The notes below the pieces were generated by a model. That model ran no database searches. It was not told the origin of the DNA and saw only the letters and a program-made list of their open reading frames with translations. A program made the translations under genes and the position numbers. From Candidatus Magasanikiibacteriota bacterium (GTDB lineage: Bacteria > Patescibacteriota > Patescibacteriia > Magasanikbacterales > UBA922): a stretch of DNA of 64,000 nt. The stretch spans positions 10,503 through 74,502 of the forward strand of contig JBPOJQ010000003.1 of assembly GCA_052033375.1 (NCBI GenBank), in the 5' to 3' direction. Shown one piece after another: positions 61,366 to 64,000 of this stretch; positions within the stretch are counted from its first letter, which is position 1; each line of letters opens with the position of its first letter.

Positions 61366-62373
61366 CTACTCCTCGGGGCAGTAGAAGTTGGTCCACCGGT
61401 TCAGGTCGCAGACGAGCCAGCAGCCGTGCTGCTCGGGCGTCGTCCCGACGAATACGTCCGCAGGCGCGTAGTTGTAGTGCGCGTCTGCGTTCGTGACACA
61501 ACGGTCCTCGCCGTTGTCGTTTCCGACAACGAAGTCAGACCCGACCTGGTTCACGAACTGCTGGACATTGAACAAGGCAACCTCACCCTCACAAATCGTG
61601 AGGGTGTGGCAGGAGCCAGCACCGTCCGGGCAGGACATCCAGATGGCCTCGGGCCACCCGAGGGAGCCCGCACCGCCAACCGACGCCTGAAAGCGCCAGT
61701 TCTGCTTCACCGTGAAGGTGAAGCACTCCGGCGAACCCTGATCTTCGCAGCGGTTCGAGGAGTTGTTGCACTCCTCGCCATCCCCGCAGTCGCCATCCTC
61801 GACGCAGCAACCGGGGATGGGCGTGTTGTAGCACACACCACTCACCGTGTTGCGCCAATCTTCCGTGCAGATGTCTCCATCATCGCACGTGAAGGTTGCG
61901 TCATGGCAGGCGCCCCACTGGCCCCAGTGGCCGGCGGAGCACGTCCGCTCCTGCGTCCCCGTGTTACCGGTGCCGCAGGACTTCGACTGCTCGGACCCAT
62001 CGACGCACTCGTCGGGGTCTGCGCAGGTGCCCCACTGGCCCCAGTGGCCGGTGGTGGCGCACGTCCTCGTCTTCGTCCCGCGACCATTGAGGCCGCAGGA
62101 CACCTGCTCGGTCGCGCCGACCGAGCACTGCTGGGTGGGGGGGAACGGCGTGCTGTCGCACACGTTCCCTCTGCCGTCGCCGTCCGCGTCCGCCTGATCC
62201 TGGTTCGGATCGGCGGGGCAGTTGTCGGCGTCGTCCTTGACGCCGTCGTTGTCGAAGTCGGTGTCGGTGTCGGTGCAGTCGTCGCAGCCCTCCTCGGGCT
62301 GCTTCTCCCAGTCGCACGCGACCGCGACGATGATGAACGACGACGACAGGACGAACATGGTGATGTTCTTCAT
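61366..62373 (-). CDS. Cys-rich lipoprotein with a TSP3 repeat and two TRTC/ERTC..GHWGQWGxC repeats
   Basis: GGAAAGGA SD; signal ending AVA-C; DNCPADPNQDQADADGDGRGNVCD; CDDGDICTED. Confidence 0.88.
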   Translation of the reverse strand: MKNITMFVLSSSFIIVAVACDWEKQPEEGCDDCTDTDTDFDNDGVKDDADNCPADPNQDQADADGDGRGNVCDSTPFPPTQQCSVGATEQVSCGLNGRGTKTRTCATTGHWGQWGTCADPDECVDGSEQSKSCGTGNTGTQERTCSAGHWGQWGACHDATFTCDDGDICTEDWRNTVSGVCYNTPIPGCCVEDGDCGDGEECNNSSNRCEDQGSPECFTFTVKQNWRFQASVGGAGSLGWPEAIWMSCPDGAGSCHTLTICEGEVALFNVQQFVNQVGSDFVVGNDNGEDRCVTNADAHYNYAPADVFVGTTPEQHGCWLVCDLNRWTNFYCPEE

Positions 62374-62749
62374 GACTATTCCTTTCCCCCTGTCTGAGGG
62401 GGACTCTCGAGTGATCTCGCCGGAAACCTTCCGGCGAACATTGTAACGCTATGGTACTTCCGCAGCGTGTAGAGAACATATTTTTGTAAAAACACACTCT
62501 CTACACACTGCGGATTTGTAAGGTACATGTACAGAATTTCTTCTGTATATGAAGTAGTGTCCACCTGTCTACTCCCTATACAATAGAAATACGTATCATA
62601 ATTTTTCTCACCTTATTCCCCACATCCATATGATATGAAGAGTAAGTTGAGCTCTGGAGAACGAGAAGGTGCCACCCTTCATACGTTTTCCAGAGCGATC
62701 GATTCCCGAGCCCTCATTTTCCTCCGAAGAGGTATTGAGGAGCTCCTGA
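62374..62749 (-). other. About 375-nt spacer tiled by hairpins (candidate structured RNA)
   Basis: About 26-bp stem at 62459-62514 with five G-U pairs on the minus strand; cUUCGg hairpin at 62721-62732; TCGCCGGAA/TTCCGGCGA; GCTCTGGAGAACG/CGTTTTCCAGAGC. Confidence 0.8.
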
Positions 62750-63583
62750 CTAGAACCGATATCCGGCGGTGAACACACCGCCGAGACCAAAGGAGATCTC
62801 CTCCGGTCTCATCTCGACACCGAGGATGGCGTCGAGACCGAGCACCGCTCTCCGATCTTCCCCGAGGAAGTACCGGATTGCAGGCCCGAGGCCCGCCGTG
62901 AAGTGATCCGTTCGGCTGAAATTACCGTGATCGACCAGCGTGCCGACCACGATCCCACCCGTAAGGAACCCTTCTCCCCAGAGGTAACCGGTCCGTGCGG
63001 ACCAGCCGAACCCATGGGGCGATGCCCCCGCACCGGCGACGAGGAAGAATTCCCCGCCCTGGTTCGGAAACACCAGACCGACTTCGACGCCAGCTGAGAG
63101 GCCGACGAGATCACTCGCCAGCCACCCGCCGAGGCCGAACATCGGCCCCCCGAGCTTGTCGATCTTGCCCTTGATGCCGGCGACCTCGACCTCGAGCTTG
63201 TCGATCTTGCCCTTGATGCCGGCGACCTCCGCACCGAGCTGTTTGCACTGCCCGAGCAGGGTCACCAGGTCCGCGGACGGACCCTTGACCTCCATGAGCG
63301 CCCCCTCGAGGGACGTGATCTTCCCCTCGAGGGACGTGATCTTCCCCTCGAGGTTCTGATCTGTCCTGCGGAGAGCTCCTGCCCTGCGGAGAGCTCCTGC
63401 CCTCCACTTCTCCTTCTCGACCTCGAAGCGAATCGCCTCGAGGTCGACGAGTGCTGCGCGAGCCTTGTCGACCGCCCCCTTTCGGATCTGGTCGAACTGC
63501 TCTTGGGCGGTGGGCTCTGCAGCCTGCACCGGCGACGCGACCAGCATCAGCATGGCCGCAACGATCATCATCATTCCCTTCAC
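62750..63583 (-). CDS. Signal peptide + coiled coil + predicted C-terminal outer-membrane beta-barrel protein
   Basis: AAGGAG-7 nt-GTG at 63583; signal ending VQA-A; heptad repeats; about eight Gly-rich amphipathic strands ending GVFTAGYRF. Confidence 0.8.
   Translation of the reverse strand: MKGMMMIVAAMLMLVASPVQAAEPTAQEQFDQIRKGAVDKARAALVDLEAIRFEVEKEKWRAGALRRAGALRRTDQNLEGKITSLEGKITSLEGALMEVKGPSADLVTLLGQCKQLGAEVAGIKGKIDKLEVEVAGIKGKIDKLGGPMFGLGGWLASDLVGLSAGVEVGLVFPNQGGEFFLVAGAGASPHGFGWSARTGYLWGEGFLTGGIVVGTLVDHGNFSRTDHFTAGLGPAIRYFLGEDRRAVLGLDAILGVEMRPEEISFGLGGVFTAGYRF
63151..63403. repeat. Three exact in-frame tandem duplications (periods 42, 21 and 18 bp)
   Basis: 63151/63193 (EVAGIKGKIDKL), 63302/63323 (LEGKITS), 63365/63383 (RAGALR). 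Confidence 0.9.
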
Positions 63584-63621
63584 GGCATTTCTCCTTCCCC
63601 TCCGTGAGGAGGGGACGTGAC

Positions 63622-63999
63622 TCAGTTGTTGCTGCCCTTGTCGATCTGGCCGCCGAAGGCGACCGTTCCGAGACGCCAGCACCGTGCTGCCGCCTCGTCG
63701 TCTTCTGCCTGGATCAGGCACTTCGCTGCCCTCTGGCACTCGAGTCCCTGATCCTCGTCGCCGGTCTTGTCGACGAATTCGTACACGCACTCCTTGAGTG
63801 CGAGTTCGAATTTCTCGTCCACGTTTCTGCCCTTGGCGGCACCGCGGAAGACCGTCTCGATCCCACCCTCGAAGGTGGCGACGACGACCGACCACTCCTG
63901 ATCGGTGAAGAAGCCACCGGGGCGGAGCCCCTTGACCTGCGTCATGACGCAGGTCCCGAACTCGTCCCCGGACAGCCCTTTGCAGGGATCCGCCGGGTT
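63622..63999 (-). CDS. GC-rich Cys-containing helical hypothetical protein, 5' end outside the window
   Basis: Frame stays open upstream of ATG 63945 to the window edge (NPADPCKGLSGDEFGTCVMTQ...); same codon style as its neighbours. Confidence 0.75.
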   Translation of the reverse strand, partial: NPADPCKGLSGDEFGTCVMTQVKGLRPGGFFTDQEWSVVVATFEGGIETVFRGAAKGRNVDEKFELALKECVYEFVDKTGDEDQGLECQRAAKCLIQAEDDEAAARCWRLGTVAFGGQIDKGSNN

Positions 64000-64000
64000 C

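Noticed and set aside
57689-62397. Long plus-strand ORFs (749, 275 and 356 aa) and many other overlapping ORFs in the GC-rich blocks
   Set aside because: They are antisense or frame shadows of GC3-rich genes. They have V/R/A/G-rich composition, no motifs and no SD, whereas the minus-strand frames have signal peptides and recognisable repeats.
59816-62749. Integron cassette array (hairpins as attC sites) or REP elements
   Set aside because: I found no RYYYAAC/GTTRRRY boundaries, no repeated hairpin sequence and no integrase or RAYT in the window. There are many hairpins per spacer rather than one.
63584-63895. N-terminal 104 aa of the 381-aa ORF in the track
   Set aside because: It overlaps the upstream gene in another frame. 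The SD and signal peptide place the start at GTG 63583.
57560-64000. Chimeric assembly of a CPR contig with a myxobacterial one
   Set aside because: GC-rich genes occur at three separate sites, two of them flanked on both sides by resident genes. They have AT-rich promoter spacers and share paralogous domains. Not formally excluded without reads.
1-64000. Alternative genetic code (TGA recoded, as in Gracilibacteria)
   Set aside because: Genes are full length under code 11, and several end in TGA with ATGA overlaps (e.g. 8186-8189, 30294-30297).

Overview
The window is an AT-rich, gene-dense bacterial segment. Its gene content (CPR-type S-layer protein, DUF5667-like/ECF sigma pair, starts lacking Shine-Dalgarno motifs) points to Patescibacteria (Parcubacteria, Magasanikbacteria/Uhrbacteria-like); this is an inference. 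About 45 kb is cell-envelope glycan synthesis: an initiating phosphoglycosyl transferase, Ugd, UXS, epimerases, two DegT aminotransferases, AsnB, many GT2/GT4 enzymes, two GT-C enzymes, two polyprenol-P glycosyltransferases, Wzx and two O-antigen-ligase/OTase-like proteins. These surround a 1229-aa S-layer-like gene and an ECF sigma/anti-sigma pair. A second, sharply different gene class is embedded at three separate places (28.4-29.2 kb, 46.3-48.4 kb, 57.6-64 kb). These genes are GC-rich and carry Shine-Dalgarno motifs that the resident starts I inspected lack. Their spacers are tiled by RNA hairpins whose G-U pairs and GNRA/UUCG loops mostly work on the coding strand. They encode myxobacteria-like Cys-rich lipoproteins, a coiled-coil plus outer-membrane beta-barrel protein and a Nudix hydrolase. 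This class is the best candidate for an undescribed system. One hypothesis is host-directed transcripts built for a diderm host's ribosomes and envelope machinery; domesticated horizontal transfer is the alternative. No rRNA, tRNA, CRISPR array, transposase, integrase or reverse transcriptase was seen. All calls are by-eye motif recognition; no database search or folding program was run.
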